64,000 bases of DNA, taken from the NCBI GenBank assembly GCA_012295275.1, contig CM022672.1, forward strand, positions 10,168,001-10,232,000, in the 5' to 3' direction. The position numbers and the translations under genes were made by a program. Source of the stretch: Chrysomallon squamiferum. Lineage: Eukaryota; Animalia; Mollusca. How positions within the stretch are numbered: position 1 is the stretch's first letter; every line of letters begins with the position of its first letter. Positions 1 through 21,581 of this stretch are shown here, in pieces. The notes below the pieces were generated by a model. The model was not told the origin of the DNA. It did not search any database and saw only the letters and a program-made list of their open reading frames with translations.

Positions 1-6545
<6,545 letters not shown>

Positions 6546-6553
6546 CACTGAAA

Positions 6554-6584
<31 letters not shown>

Positions 6585-9534
6585 ATGATATCGATGAACT
6601 GAAAGATAAAAGTAAGATGACTGCATAAACCCAACTGAATGGATACTTTTTATGCAACTTGAACAGTGACAATTTAAAGGACTCGAGGAGAGATCTAAAA
6701 ATGATAATCAACTGAAAAACAAGATAATGCCTACTGAAAAAGTATTAAATAACTGAACAGATACCATTATGTCTTACAGTAATTATGAAATGTACAATAT
6801 AGTTACCTCTGCAAACTGGAAAGAGCTATTGGAGAAGATAGTAGAAAAGGAATAGCATTTTCTTCATTGTAATCTTCATATATTATTATCATTATCATTA
6901 TTTTATTTAACTTTTTAATTTTTGTTTTGAGGGGCTATAAACTTTAATGTATTGTAAACTGTCTTATCAAATATTTAAAATTCAGACTCATCTGTTATTG
7001 TGATCTGTATAATGGCAGTGATTTTCAAGCAACATGCAAAAACTCTACCTTTGTTAGCAAATCAAACTGTTAAGCTAACGAGGATCAAGCAGAGTAACAT
7101 TCTCCACAGTAGTATTAATGGTTAAATGACATCCCATTTATAATTTATAGTGTGATGCTTGTAAGATAACACGTACATTCCACAGAAATCATCAGCACAT
7201 TTGTTTTCATTTTTCAAACCAAAGTAAAATGAAATAAACTGTAATGTTTCAATTTTCAAATAAAATTGAAGATATTTTGAGCAGTTTTAGAATTCATTCA
7301 TTACAATGTAAAATTAATGTAATACATACTACCTGTGTATACTTACTTCCTAATGGAGTTCAAAGGAACAATGCATTTTTGTAAAGTAATCTTAAGTTAC
7401 ATTTTAATGGATTTACAGTTAATTTTGCATTGTGAAGAAGACTAAAACTTAAGTGATTCCATCATACATCAACTTAATACATGAACTACTCAGCTACCTC
7501 TCTCCACACAGAAAGAAAAAAAAAACATCTACTGAAACTTCATGTCAGAAACTTACATTTAATATCAGGTACTAATTTAAACAACCTTTTGTTTTAAAAA
7601 CATTTGATCTTCAATCGTTTATTTTTAAATCACAAAAACAGTGAACAACTTTTAAATTCTTTATTTTTCTTTGTTTTATCATTTGCACCAATCAACCATC
7701 AAGAGTGGCTGAACCAATAACAAGAAAGCAATGAATGATGAAATCAGTATTGAGTTCATGATGTGATGACCAGTAACCACTGTACACTGAATCAACTGCA
7801 GCACATATTGGTACAAAAATATAAGCGCTTTCTCCAAAAACTGGACCTGACAACAGTAAATCTATTATTCAGAGGCTCCTATTTAAAAAAAAAAACAAAT
7901 GGAAAAAAAACAAAACAGAAACAAACAAAATTACAGCACAGTACAGAGCAAAATTTGTACATTGTTCAGCTACAAATTTCTGTTGTTTCATTTTCACACC
8001 TGAAATAACAAAAAAAAAAAAAAAAAAAAAAACACCCAGAAAACACAAAATTATATTTCTAAATAACTATAAATGATGATTGGTGGCATTTTGTCACAGA
8101 AAAGTAACAGATTAATAATGTGCAGAATAAAAGAAGCATCTATCTTAATCATAATTTTATGATCTCAGTGCATTCTGGATTAACTAATATAAAATTTGAC
8201 CATTACAAAGACTGTGGCTAGTAGCAAGATTTCTTTTTTGGCACTTTACAAATATACACAGGAAAGAGAAGGATATGGATAACAGATGTAACAAGGCTTT
8301 ATGATAAATGAAATTAAAAAAATAATAATAAATACAAAATTAATTTAACAGCAAATAAAAAAAAAAATGCCATAATACTCGATGTGAAACACAAAACACC
8401 CCTCACCTACACCACTACATCTGTTTTCATTTACATTCATTTTTAAAATTGTCTTTTAATATTTTCAGTTAAGAATTTCATGAGAAAAGAAAAGAAAAAC
8501 AACAAAAAATAAAAACATGTTTTTGCTTTAATGATTGGAATTAAAATATTATTTATTCATTTTTTTTATTTAATTATTTTTAAAATTATTTATATATATA
8601 TATATATCAAATGTAACAAAAATGTTTAATCCAATATTATATTATTTATTGTAACAGAAAAATAGAAACAAAATAGTAACTAATTAAAAAAATAAATATT
8701 TGTTTTAATAATAAAAAGGTAAAAATAAATAGTACACTATAATGAAGTAACTTAAATTATTTTGATTGCATTATAATGCAAAGATAATATTTATTTAAAG
8801 TTTTCTTATTTACTATATTAAGATTTCCTGGCCAAAATGTAAATGAAATAATGAAAAAGATGATAAATAGAAAGAGAAAAAAAAAAGCATGAGTAACTAT
8901 TTTCTTATCATTTCAATCAATTATAATTTTTGATTTCTGGCCAAAACATATCAGAAAGTACAATGTTAAAATAATAATAATATGATTTTTAAAAAGGTAA
9001 ATTTAAGTAAGTACATTAGATAAAACATCCCAAACATGAAAGTTTAAATTATAACAAATATAATAACATAATAAAGATAATACATCTGAAGAATTATAAC
9101 AATAAATCAAGATATATATATATATAAAAAAAAAAGTTTAAAATATATTTAAATAACAAAATCTAAATTATAAACATAATACTGAAAAACAGACCCAAAA
9201 CACACAAACTTTAAAAAGAAAATTCCCAGTAAACTACTAAAATAGAAGGGAGAAACTTCAACTAAATCAATAAAAAATTAATTTGTAAAATGTTTATCTG
9301 AAAGCTACTCACTAAACAACCACTCACCATTAGTTCTGCCAAAGTATTAATAATCCCAATGAAATATTTTTCAGAAATTTTATCTGCCAAAAACAGATGC
9401 ATTTATATTTATTAAAATAATTATAGTTTTCTCTTTTTTTTTTTATTAACAGTATACCTAACATGTTGGATCTTTATAAAAGGTAGCTTTGCCACTTTTA
9501 AAACAAAATAATAATGATAATGATGATGATGATG

Positions 9535-9576
<42 letters not shown>

Positions 9577-10506
9577 GAAAAATCAAATCATCTCAATACA
9601 GAAATATTAACTTATGCACTGACATAATTTTAAATAAATTGGTTAACATGCTCCATTTTATAATTTTTATACAAAAGGTTGCAATACAGAAAGTAGTTAT
9701 ATTAATGCACAAAGCTGAATTTGGAACATTTTAGCTTAAACAGGACTTTAAATAGAATCTATTTTTATTGGTACTATCTTTCTACAACACAATTTGCAAC
9801 AAGCATTTGCTCTTTCACTGCTACAAGCCAAAACATCATAAAGGAAATGATGAAAATAATTAATTCGAAAAACATATATATATATCTTAAACATTTTTGT
9901 TTAATTATATAAAGCAGTTTTAATTTAAAGTTAAGAGAAAATCATGCATTATGCACAATTAATAAAAATAACCAGACAAGACAATTTGGCCTGAGATTTA
10001 AAAAACAGATTCATATACTAAATTTTTAAATATCAATTCAATTCAGTGCATTAAACAAAATGAATTTTAGTAGCTGTAAATTAATGTAACTGATTAAATT
10101 TGTATGAAATACTTTTAACTGAGAATTTTGTATAACTGTTTCAAGCTTCATGTCAAAAAGGTAATTCATTACATTTCATTAACAGCCACATACTCAGTTT
10201 ATGCAAATCTTGCTACATAAATAATTATATGCAAATAATTTCAAAGAAAAAAAAAGAATGAATTTCTACAGAAGACAATTTACATTTGATTTCTTTTAAT
10301 TCATCATTAACACAGTGATTTTAGTCACAGTATCACGTTCATTGGGTTTTTTTCCTCAAAAAAAAAAAAAAAAAACCCAGAAAACCACAAATTATCCTTG
10401 ACCCAAAAAGACAAACATCAGAATATGTTGGGAAGAAGACACAGTATAAATAAAACTATAGAGAATTCACCAGATGAAAATTTTTTTTTTATTATTTTTC
10501 AAACAG

Positions 10507-10538
<32 letters not shown>

Positions 10539-10922
10539 CTTGAAGATAAATGTAACTACTTTAACGACCAAGCCTTTTATACAACATTCATTGTTGTTTG
10601 TTTTTCATTTTCAATCTGTGTTTTGTAAGCCAAGGAATCATCGTTATGGTATTAAGTATTTTAATTTCAATAACAACAGGAATCATTCACACATTGTTTA
10701 TGAACACTCAACACTCCACCACTGGAAACACTTGAAGCCAATAAAACTATCAACAACATCCACCAGTAACAAGACATTCATCTCCCTCTGTTAAGTAACA
10801 TGTACATCTTCTTATCCTGATTCAAGGCTTTCACTCACAGCACTTTCCATACCCTTTTTTATTTATCCTTTTCATTTAAACTTGTATTGTTTTGTTTTTT
10901 TTTTTTTTTTTTTAATACTCTA

Positions 10923-13900
10923 TCAGCCATAACTCATCATATCAAGTGAATTCGATGATGTTGGACTACTGCTTGGAGCTTTCAAAGAATCGTTTACATC
11001 TCGACGGAACACGGAAAGATTCTGAGTAAATCTGAAAAGGAGAAAAGACATAGCATTTATTAACTTAATATTTAAATAATTAAAATTAATAAACTGAACA
11101 CAATGATTCAAATGAGGTTCTCATTCATTCTCTTTTCAATGGGACTGAAAATAAAAATCACAAACTCTGTTATTTTTTCTTACTCGAAATGAGAAGTGAA
11201 AAAAATGAATCATTTTGTATCATTATGAGAAATAAATTAATGCGACTACTTTGGAAGAACTCAAAAAGTTTATTTCTGTCTGACAAAAACACAGAGTGTT
11301 TTCAACAGGCTGTTAAATTAAAGATAATTAGTGCAACAATTCAGTTAACTGATAAACTTGTGACTAACCTGTCTCTGTTCTTGGTAAGCAAAGATCTCTC
11401 AATGCCTTCCATCAAATTTTCAAAACACCTAATCATTGTAGGCTGCTTCTCAGTTGGCTGGCTGGAAATTATACTTTCTCTAAGTTTGTTAAAATACTTG
11501 AAAATAAACAAGAAAAACACACACATCAATTATATGACTGTCATCATCAGAATTCTGTAATAATTTCATACTTCAACAATGTCTGAAAAGTCACAAAACG
11601 TTTGAGAAACCAAATTATTTCAGAATTCAAAATATTATTGCTTTCAGCCCCCTAATCATAAATCATGTATTCCTCTCTTTACACTTGTCATTACAAATAC
11701 TCTAATTTGATTTTTTTTAATAATATAAAAAGCTGTTGAAACCTGGTATTACTGCAGTATCATTTAAAAACTCATTAATATTTTTACCATTCTACAGGTA
11801 AGATATTTTAAAGAAAATGAGTCAAACATTTAACAGGAACATGTGAATAAACTTGAGTTTATTGTTTTGACAGAAATAAATTTAACATGTGGAAACGTTA
11901 CCTCTTCATTAATGAGGATAAGGCCTAACAAAGGTCGAGACATGGACCACTGGTTGCGACAGTCTTCAAACATAATAATATTCAGTACAGTTGACAACAT
12001 CTGAAAGAAAATACAAAAATATTTATTTTTACACTCTCATGCTTCATTAAATGTGTTTATACCTCCTGTTGAATTACCTAATCTTATTTTATCTAATCTA
12101 ATCATATTCAGTCATGTCTTATCTTGTCATGTCATATCATATCCACTACCAGTCAATTTTAGCCATTCTGACCATTTGTTTGCCCATTGACATTATCCAA
12201 CAGTTTAATTAGCACCACATAATAGCAGCACCTTTAATTAGCAACAGTTTCAACAACAAAACATTGATTATTTCTCCATATCACTGTTACCCCATATTGT
12301 TGGTTACGTGTGAAGCAGCACCAGTCAGAAACAGGACCGTTCCATTTTGACCAGTCACAGACTGACCCTCCTCTATTTGACTCCTCAACCAGCTGTATGC
12401 AAGCAGCTGAACTTCATGAGCAAAATCACAAAGAATCATCTCTGGTGACATCAGAGATTGGATCTGAGACAGGCGTGCATGAAACTAGATTTGGACGTTG
12501 GCGAATAAAAAGAGTTCCGACACCCATAAAACATCGTGAGAGCTACTTGTTAGGAGTGTCCAGGAAAGAAACACAGACATTAGCAAATGGTATGACTGCC
12601 TTTTTGAGATCAAACACTGGCAGACTGCCAAGATTTCCACACAAACAAGAATACACTGAATTTGTGTTAGAAGACCTCACTGAAGTGTAACAGTTTAAAT
12701 GATCAACATGACAACCAACGACATTACAACACACACACACACACACAGACCATCATCATGTTCTGTTACTGGTTGGACAAATACTACAGTTACTTTTATA
12801 ATACCTTAGAATACCCAAGGCTACCAGAAGATCTAAATGATTATGAAGTGGACAAATATACAAACAGCTAATCTCAGATTAGAATTAGGTGAATACAAGA
12901 TGAGTTGATGATTTGACAGACTGTAATGGAATAACACTTTGGTTACAGTAACAAAAATCATAAATATAATAACATATATTTTGATCATTTTGAAAATGAA
13001 TTAACAATTTTTTTAAGAAAAGAAAATCAAAGGTACCTTTATAGCTTCTAGATGTTATAACTGTCTTTACCTGATGCTGCATTATAATAACTTTGAATAA
13101 TAAAAAAAATTGGGCATGAGTTTTGCAGTATTAATTTCCTTAGGACAAGCCAAATGATTAATAAAAAATACATACAAAAAACACATGTGCATACACACAC
13201 ATATAGCGATAATTATGGAAAGGTATCCATCCACACACAGTTAATATTAAAAAGGGTTGGAGTGTAATTTTAACAGATTCATTATGTGTCACCTGTTGCA
13301 ATATTTCTGGATGGAGTTCTAAAATTCTAAGGAATGATTCACTGTCTGGCACACTGCCAGGCCTCGCTGACTTCTTCTTCTTTGTCGTGAGCCGCCGGAA
13401 GAGGTATGTGATGATGTTATCAAGAGTTGCACAGCAACCAGTACACACCATGGTATCTGAAATTACAAACAAAACAGTTACAGTACACACCATGGTATCT
13501 GAAATTACAAACAAAACACAGTTACAGTACACACCATGGTATCTGAAATTACAAACAAAACAGTTACAGTACACACCATGGTATCTGAAATTACAAACAA
13601 AACACAGTTACAGTACACACCATGGTATCTGAAATTACAAACAAAACAGTTACAGTACACACCATGGTATCTGAAATTACAAACAAAACACAATTACAGT
13701 ACACACCATGGTATCTGAAATTACAAACAAAACACAGTTACAGTACACACCATGGTATCTGAAATTACAAACAAAACACAGTTACAGTACACACCATGGT
13801 ATCTGAAATTACAAACAAAACACAGTTACAATACACACCATGGTATCTGGTTTCTGAATTACAAAATATAGTATTTAAATTATGGAAAAACAAAACTACC

Positions 13901-16900
13901 ATATACATGATTCTTGAAATGAACAATTCAATTTACACTATGGAGGATGACAGTATCAACACAAATGCTAATTATAATGTATGCTGCAGTAAGAAATAAC
14001 AGTTTCAACACCATACTCAATCCAAAATAACAAACAGCAAGTTAAAACGTCTGCCTACACAAGCATTGTTCCACTGGTAAAATGATGTAGCTTAGTAACC
14101 AAACAAGTCAGTGTCAGAGCTGTAAAGTCTATATATATTGAAACTATAGTATGAGCTATAGCTACAATTCCTACAAGAATAACAATCTAAATTATGAGAA
14201 TATTTCTATGACAGTGCTGCATTAAGTAATTCACAATAAAATATCTTTCCTCACCAAGAGCTGTCAACCCTTCGGATATTGTGGAAAGGATGTAGAGAAA
14301 CACCTGTGCTTCCAAGTTGCTAATAAATGGCATGTGATCTTGTGCAAGACATTCAAGTAGCCCGTAGTAATTCTGGCTGAGTTTTGGAAAGTCCTATACG
14401 AGTGGGAAAATCAGAATAAAAAAAATTCAAAAAAAGGAAAGCAAATTATAAAACATATAATTAATCACTTTTTAAAAATTATCAAAAATCAAAAAAATAA
14501 TAATAATAATAATTAAAAAAAAAAACAAGCAAAGAATTCTAAATGGAATATAAATAAGGAGGATCACAAATAATTTCAACAGAGTGAAATATAAATAAAC
14601 ACTTAAGTTATAATACTCAGATTATACATCATTAAACCACTGCCTCAATTCGAAATTGTACAACATTTTAAATCATTGAATTTTATGACATTTATCAAAA
14701 TAGTTTAGGGGTTTTTTTTTTGTTTTTTTTCTTTCTCAAAAATATTAAAAACTAACCAAAAGATCACTTTGTGATACAGATAGCAGCAGTTTGACAAACA
14801 TTCCTAGAGCATTATCAAGAGCATCATCACCATAGAGACGAAAGGCACCAAAGTTTACGTAATTCCCACAGAGTGCAGCTTTTAACATTGAGAAGCATAT
14901 TGATATTCCTTTCAATGTAAGCTTTGTTAAAGAAAATAACATTCTTTAACTCACCAAGAAGTACAGTCAATATCATTAACAACATCTGACAATACATCAT
15001 TAAAAATACATTTACCTTACAAAGTGCAAAGTTCAAAATAGCAAACTGTTAACGTAAATCAGAAATTTCTTAGCATAGCACTAAATAAAAATTAATTATA
15101 AAAAAAAATAATCTACAATAAAAACATTCATGTTTTTTTTTTTTTAAATTTAATAAAATTTATAATTTATTAACATAATGTAGTGAAGGATATTTCAATG
15201 GATAAATTTGATCTTTGGGAATATCACCTAACGTCAATATTCGTGAACCTGAAACAAAGAAAAGAAGTTTAAATCTATAACCTGCATGAATAATGAATGA
15301 ATGGATATTTAACTAATTAGAAAAAGAAAATGTAAACCCAACATTATAAATGAATTCTTAATTAAAACAATATAAAATTTAATTTAAAAGACAATGTATA
15401 AAGATGACAAAAAAATGTAATTACAGAGAAATATCCATAACAAAATAATCAGTGAAACAGAACCATTATTTACCATATGTGACAATCATTTTACTAACTT
15501 CTCGGACTAGAAGAATACCATTGGGTGAAGATACATCAAACTGAAGTCTTTGGCATCTGCCGATAAAACAATGAAATTAAACAAGATGATTTTAAAGAAC
15601 AGATAAAAACAAAACAAGCCAAATTGGGTTTATATATATATATTTTAACAATGCATTTGACACTTATCTTTCATTATATGGTGACATTTATATAGTTAAT
15701 ATTTGCACAGATTATGAGAGGAAACATGCTGCCTCAATGCTATAAGCTATTCAGAAATATATTTTTTTATATACACATCTTACTGCAGACTGCAAAGCAA
15801 ATACCATGCTCTAGACTAAACGCATTGTGGCTGGAAAGAGAAATATTCCAATGGGGAAAACAGAAAGGCTTGATCCTTCTACCAAACATTTCTCTTGCCA
15901 CTTTATAAAAAAAAAATAAAAGAAATGAAAGACATTTACCTGTTTTGTGCCAACTCAGCCATAAGTTTTAACACTGGTGTGGTTACACTGGGTTCATGGT
16001 ACCACAGTTCTACAGCTCTTTGTATCACAGGGGTGTATGTTGGGTAGCTTACATGTGTTAAGAAAAAGTGAAAAAAAAAGGAGTAATAATAATAATAATA
16101 ATAAATAAAAAAAGAGGTTACAAAAAGTAAAAGTACATTTAGAATGGGACTGACAAAATTAAATCACAATCAATAATGAAACAATAATTTACAATTTTCT
16201 TTTATACTAATATACTAATTGCAAATACCATTCTTCCACCTGAAAAGTTTTATTCTTAATTGCTCCCCAAGAAAATGAACAATAAGGTCTGTTTATATTT
16301 TTTCATAATATCATAGGATACATCCAGTCAAATAACATCATGTAACTGATTTTTGTGTTAAATGCAAAAGCTATTCCTCGAAGATCACGAACCAGTCCTA
16401 TCAAAGACCGCTACAAGAGAAAAGAAATGGATTTTTTTCAGAATAATGAACAAGCTGCAAGGAATCAGAGTTTATATGTTCTTTATTAATTGGTACCATA
16501 GGTAGAGAGATTTAAAAAAAAAAAAATTATTTTGTTTTCTGCTGTTATTTGAATATAAAACTATCTTAAAATGAAAAAGACAATTTAAATATATAATGTT
16601 ATTTAACACTCTTATGGTACAAAATGAATATTATATATTTTTTTACAAATTTTAAAAAGTCTTTACATCTTCTCTATTTTATTATTATATCATCATATTT
16701 TATTTCCTGTTAATGTTAGATAACAAAACAACCTACATGACACACAGAATGTTTTCTATTTGTTTGCTTTTTTAAAAACAACATTTCAAACTGATTGTTT
16801 TTACACCTATTTAGATAAAAATTTATATAAAGTAAATATACTGAAACAGTATATTTTTCTTACACACTGTGAATATATACAGTTACCTTTGCTTCTTCAA

Positions 16901-19900
16901 CTCGAATAGCTGTACTGGCATTTGCTAACAAGTTACCTACAGTATCAAATGATGCTGTAAAGTAAAAAAAACAAATTTAATTTGGTTAAATGCCGATGCA
17001 ATGACATGGTAATATGTACTAAATATTGAGTTCATAAGATACCAATAATTAAATAAATGAAATGGAATAAGCCTCCAGGTTATTTGTTTTGTTTTTCCAT
17101 GTATCTAACAGCAATAAATTATCCTTATTGGAAAGTAATTTGTATTCAGACAGCTAAACAAAATTATAAATAAATAAAGATAAAATAATTTAAAAAAAAA
17201 AAATATAAATTAAATTCAAACAAAAAGATAATGGCATTTAAAAAAAATAAAAATTCATTTGTCATTATTGATTACCAAACTGAAGATCAAATGACCATGA
17301 TAGATTACGTCAAAATCCTACAGCACAAATAAAATGAAACATAAATAATGTACATATTTCTTACACATAAATAAATTACCAAGTTCACTGAAATAAAATA
17401 TTCTGAGTTATTTTATTTTCACCTGTGAGTGGCATCATAAACTGTTCAAATTTTTCTTCGTCTTCTCCCAGGTCGACCAGCAGAAGTCTGCCAAGTGCTG
17501 TGTAAAATGTTGTTCGGCAACGCATGTCTGCTAATGGAGTCGATGTTGTTGAATTTACACTAATGCCCAGGAAAGGAAAATGCTCACTCTGAATAAAATA
17601 AAAATAAAAATATTTATGAAATAAACAAAGAGCTGAATAAATCCTTTGAAAATTTCAAAAATGAATAAAATGTTTTAAATGTTAAAAAGGATGTAAATTA
17701 AATTTTAATGAAACAGTATCAGATGTGAAAGTATTATCTATGGAATCATTTTTTTAATTATTATTATTATCCAGGACACTGAAACATGAACAGAAAAAAA
17801 TATTTTTACCAATGAAAAAAACAAAAAAACCCTAAATTAATTAGTTAAATTTTTTTTTAAATTATGTTTTAATCAAATAAAAAATAGATATTGAAAAATC
17901 ATTCATGGAAACAATAAAACATAAATAATACTAAATAAATAAATGATTTCTATTTTTATTTTTAAAAAATACAAAAAAAAAAATCATTAAAATACTCAAA
18001 AAAACAAATGTCAGATCAGGGAAACAAACAACACGGAACCAATAATTAATACAAAATAAACTAATTATATACATTAATATAAATAATAATTTTAATTTTT
18101 TAATCTTAGACACTGGACCACAACAACAATAGAGAATGAACATGAAGTAAATGAGAACTGACCGTGTGGTTGTTTAACATGAACTGCACGGCTTCTAGTT
18201 TGACCAGTTTGCGGACACTGCTGTAGCCCACAGACAGGTCACTCAGCAGCTGTAGGGTTTTCGAGATGATCTGTTCACTACGAGCCCAGTACTTCAGATT
18301 TGTAATTCTGAAAATGTTTATAACTTTTTTTTTTCTTTTAAATTATTTAATTATTAGTTTATTTTATAAAATTATTTAATTATCAATAATAAAATTTTAT
18401 TATTTTTGATCTGCATTCAAAGGTTTTAATATTTTTTAAATATATGTTTGAAAATACATTAATATTAAATTGTCCTGCAAACAGTGTATCACTGATATCT
18501 TTATGATCATTTAAAAATAATAATCTATTTTTAATTGCTTAATGTGACTTAGGAAAACATTATATCTATTTATTTATAAAGGAATTCATTTCATTTCTTT
18601 ATGATCAGAAAATCTTAATTTTTCATTGAGCAGTGACATGGACAAAAAATTCAATATACATTTAGTAACTTTCTCACATTTTGCCTACAAATACACTCAG
18701 CACCATTGACTCATCACTGAGACCAAGAACTTCTGATAACCTTCTGTACACCTGTAATCAGGAAACAGATCATATTATTATTTTGCAGGTATTTTCTACA
18801 TTTTCATTCCGATTTAAAAAAAATAAAAAAATAAAAACATTCTTAAAAAAATTCAAAGTATCAATAAAACTGCAAAAAACTTATTATCTCCAAGCTGATA
18901 AAAACACAAACTGTTTTTTTCATTAATGTGGTATTACATGTATATAAATATTTAAAAAAAGAATTTAAAAAAACGACAAAGAGAATATTGTCTTCTAAAC
19001 TGAGCTTTATACAAGATCAATCAACTTATTTATATTAAGTATATTATTACTATTATTTAGTTATCACACAACTCACTTTGGAAGTTTTTTGGACCTGGTC
19101 ACCAACATATATTTTTCGGAACTGCTCAAAGAAACTAAGAATAGCAAGATCTAGTTTTTCACATCCCCCTTGCGTTAGTCTGGAATCTGTTAGATTCATC
19201 AACTGTAGAACTCTGAAAATAATATTTTAATTTTTTATCACAAGTAACAATAACATGACCACTAGTGTGAAGAATTCCCAAATTGAATTAACTGTAAGTT
19301 TAAAGTAGAAAATATATGTTGGAAATCAATTTAGTATGTCACATAATCCGAGCAATTTTTAAAAAATATTGACTGATCCTTCTTTGGTCAAATACTGATC
19401 ACTTTTATAACAATATCCATTTTCCTTTTTTTTTTGATGATAACTATTAACTGATGTATCAGGTAAACAAACATTCACGAGATTATACAGTATTATCTTA
19501 GTAAATTTGAACAAATTTCGGAATACATCATTGCTTTCATTGTCATTAAAATAAAACTAGGTATGGTTCATATTTGCTCTTGTTCACAAACTACTGCCAG
19601 CTGTTTATCTTATTTTACTGAAAGTATTTCAAACACTGCATTATATGAGACTCCAAGGTGATTTAAAAAAAAAAAAAAAATTCTATATCCGACACAACAG
19701 TAACTAATTTAATACAGTAATGAAGTATTCCATTTATGGATACTAAATTACATATAATAAAGTTTGTGCAGTGATTTTCTTTTACAAGGGAAATTCATAC
19801 TGATGTTTTAAGATTAACCCTTCCTTTAATAATCTCAGAAAGATAAATATCGTCCCAAAATCATGCAGAAAGAATAATTTGTTTAATACTGTTAAAATAT

Positions 19901-21509
19901 TTCTGTGTATATTTCAAATGTGTTGTATTATTTAAAATGAAAATGTGTTTTTTATTTCAAATTATAATGTTAGTAACTAACCTGCATACCAACTCCCCAT
20001 CCATAGCATCATGGTCATCAGTGCTTGCAAATGAAACCCTCCCCCCTATCACAGATCCTATAATATATACTAGCCAAGTCAGACGTCCTGAAAAATTAAA
20101 ATAAAGGCAAAATGATTACAATATTCCCAATTTTGTTATTATTACAATCAAAATTATTTCTAAATCTTTAAAAACCATTGATTTAGTTGATTTCATTTTT
20201 TTTGTTATTTTAAATAAGGAATATTTGTACGAACTGAAACTAGGATCTGTTAAAATAAATACATATTTTGTCTTTAAGTACTAACCATGAAGGTATCATT
20301 GACAATATTCTGATGGTAACATGAAAAGACAAATATAAATTATTATTATTATTTTTTTAAATATCTTTTGGACAATAACAGACACACATTTTAAATATAG
20401 ACTCTATAAATAAAGCAGCCTTTATGCCAAAAAGATTTCTTCTTAATTATTATTATTCATGCATGTTACTATTTTAAATTTCATTTTTAAATCTGTAATA
20501 GTGTCCTTCTTCTGTAACTCAGTAAAAAGGCAAATGTAATAACATCAAAAACTACCTTCTTTTAATAGTTACATCAACAACTGACACACATAATATCAGA
20601 AATTACCTTCTTGAATAGCTATATCAACACTTGGCAAACATAATATAAAAAATTACTTTCTAGAATAGCTAAATCAAAAACTGGCAAACATAAAATAAAA
20701 AATTACCTTCTTGAATAGCCATATCAACAACTAGTAAACTATCAAAAATTACCTTCATGAATAGCTATATCAACACTTGGCAAACATAATATCAAAAATT
20801 ACCTTCTTGAATAGCTATATCAACATTTTGCAAACATAATATCAAAAATTACCTTCTTGAATGGCTATATCAACAACTGGCAAACATAGTATCAAAAATT
20901 ACCTTCTTGAATAGCTATATCAACTTTGCAAATGTAATTTCAAAAATTATCTTCTTGAATAGCTGTATCAACAACTAGTAAACATAATATCAAAAACTAC
21001 CTTCTTGAATAGCTATATCAATACTTTGCAAATGTAATATCAAAAATTACCTTCTTGAATAGCTATATCAACAACTAGTAAACATAATAAAAAAACATTA
21101 CCTTCTTGAATAGCTATATCAACACTTTGCAAACATAATATCAAAAGTTACCTTCTTGAATAGCTATATCAACACTTGGCCCACCGGAAGAAACCAGCTC
21201 CTGGTATCGTTGTGCTGATTCATCGAACAACTGAACAAGCAGTGCACATGTTTTTTCATACTCACACCGACCTATTGTTGACAACTGTAAACAACAACAG
21301 AAATTGAGATGACACTTTTTTAAATTCCTGTACATAATGTACAAGACAGATAATGATTAGTGAAAAGCAAAAAAGCAAAATAAAAATAAACATAAAAAAA
21401 ATTAATTTATATCCAAGCATCTTTGATAAAAGGAAATAAGATGCACCTGAACTAAACAAACAGATGCTTTACTGTTATAAATAAAATAATTATGTATCAG
21501 CTTAAAAAG

Positions 21510-21581
<72 letters not shown>

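Noticed and set aside
7734-7792. C/D-box snoRNA-like motifs (ATGATGA … CTGA)
   Set aside because: Short spacing, no convincing terminal stem or recognisable rRNA guide, and not intronic in a sense-strand host.
13387-13999. Repetitive ORFs (MVSEITNKT…, YHGVYCNC…) and the CRISPR-like look of the array
   Set aside because: Head-to-tail tandem units with no unique spacers and no cas genes, in a eukaryotic intron; the ORFs are by-products of the repeat.
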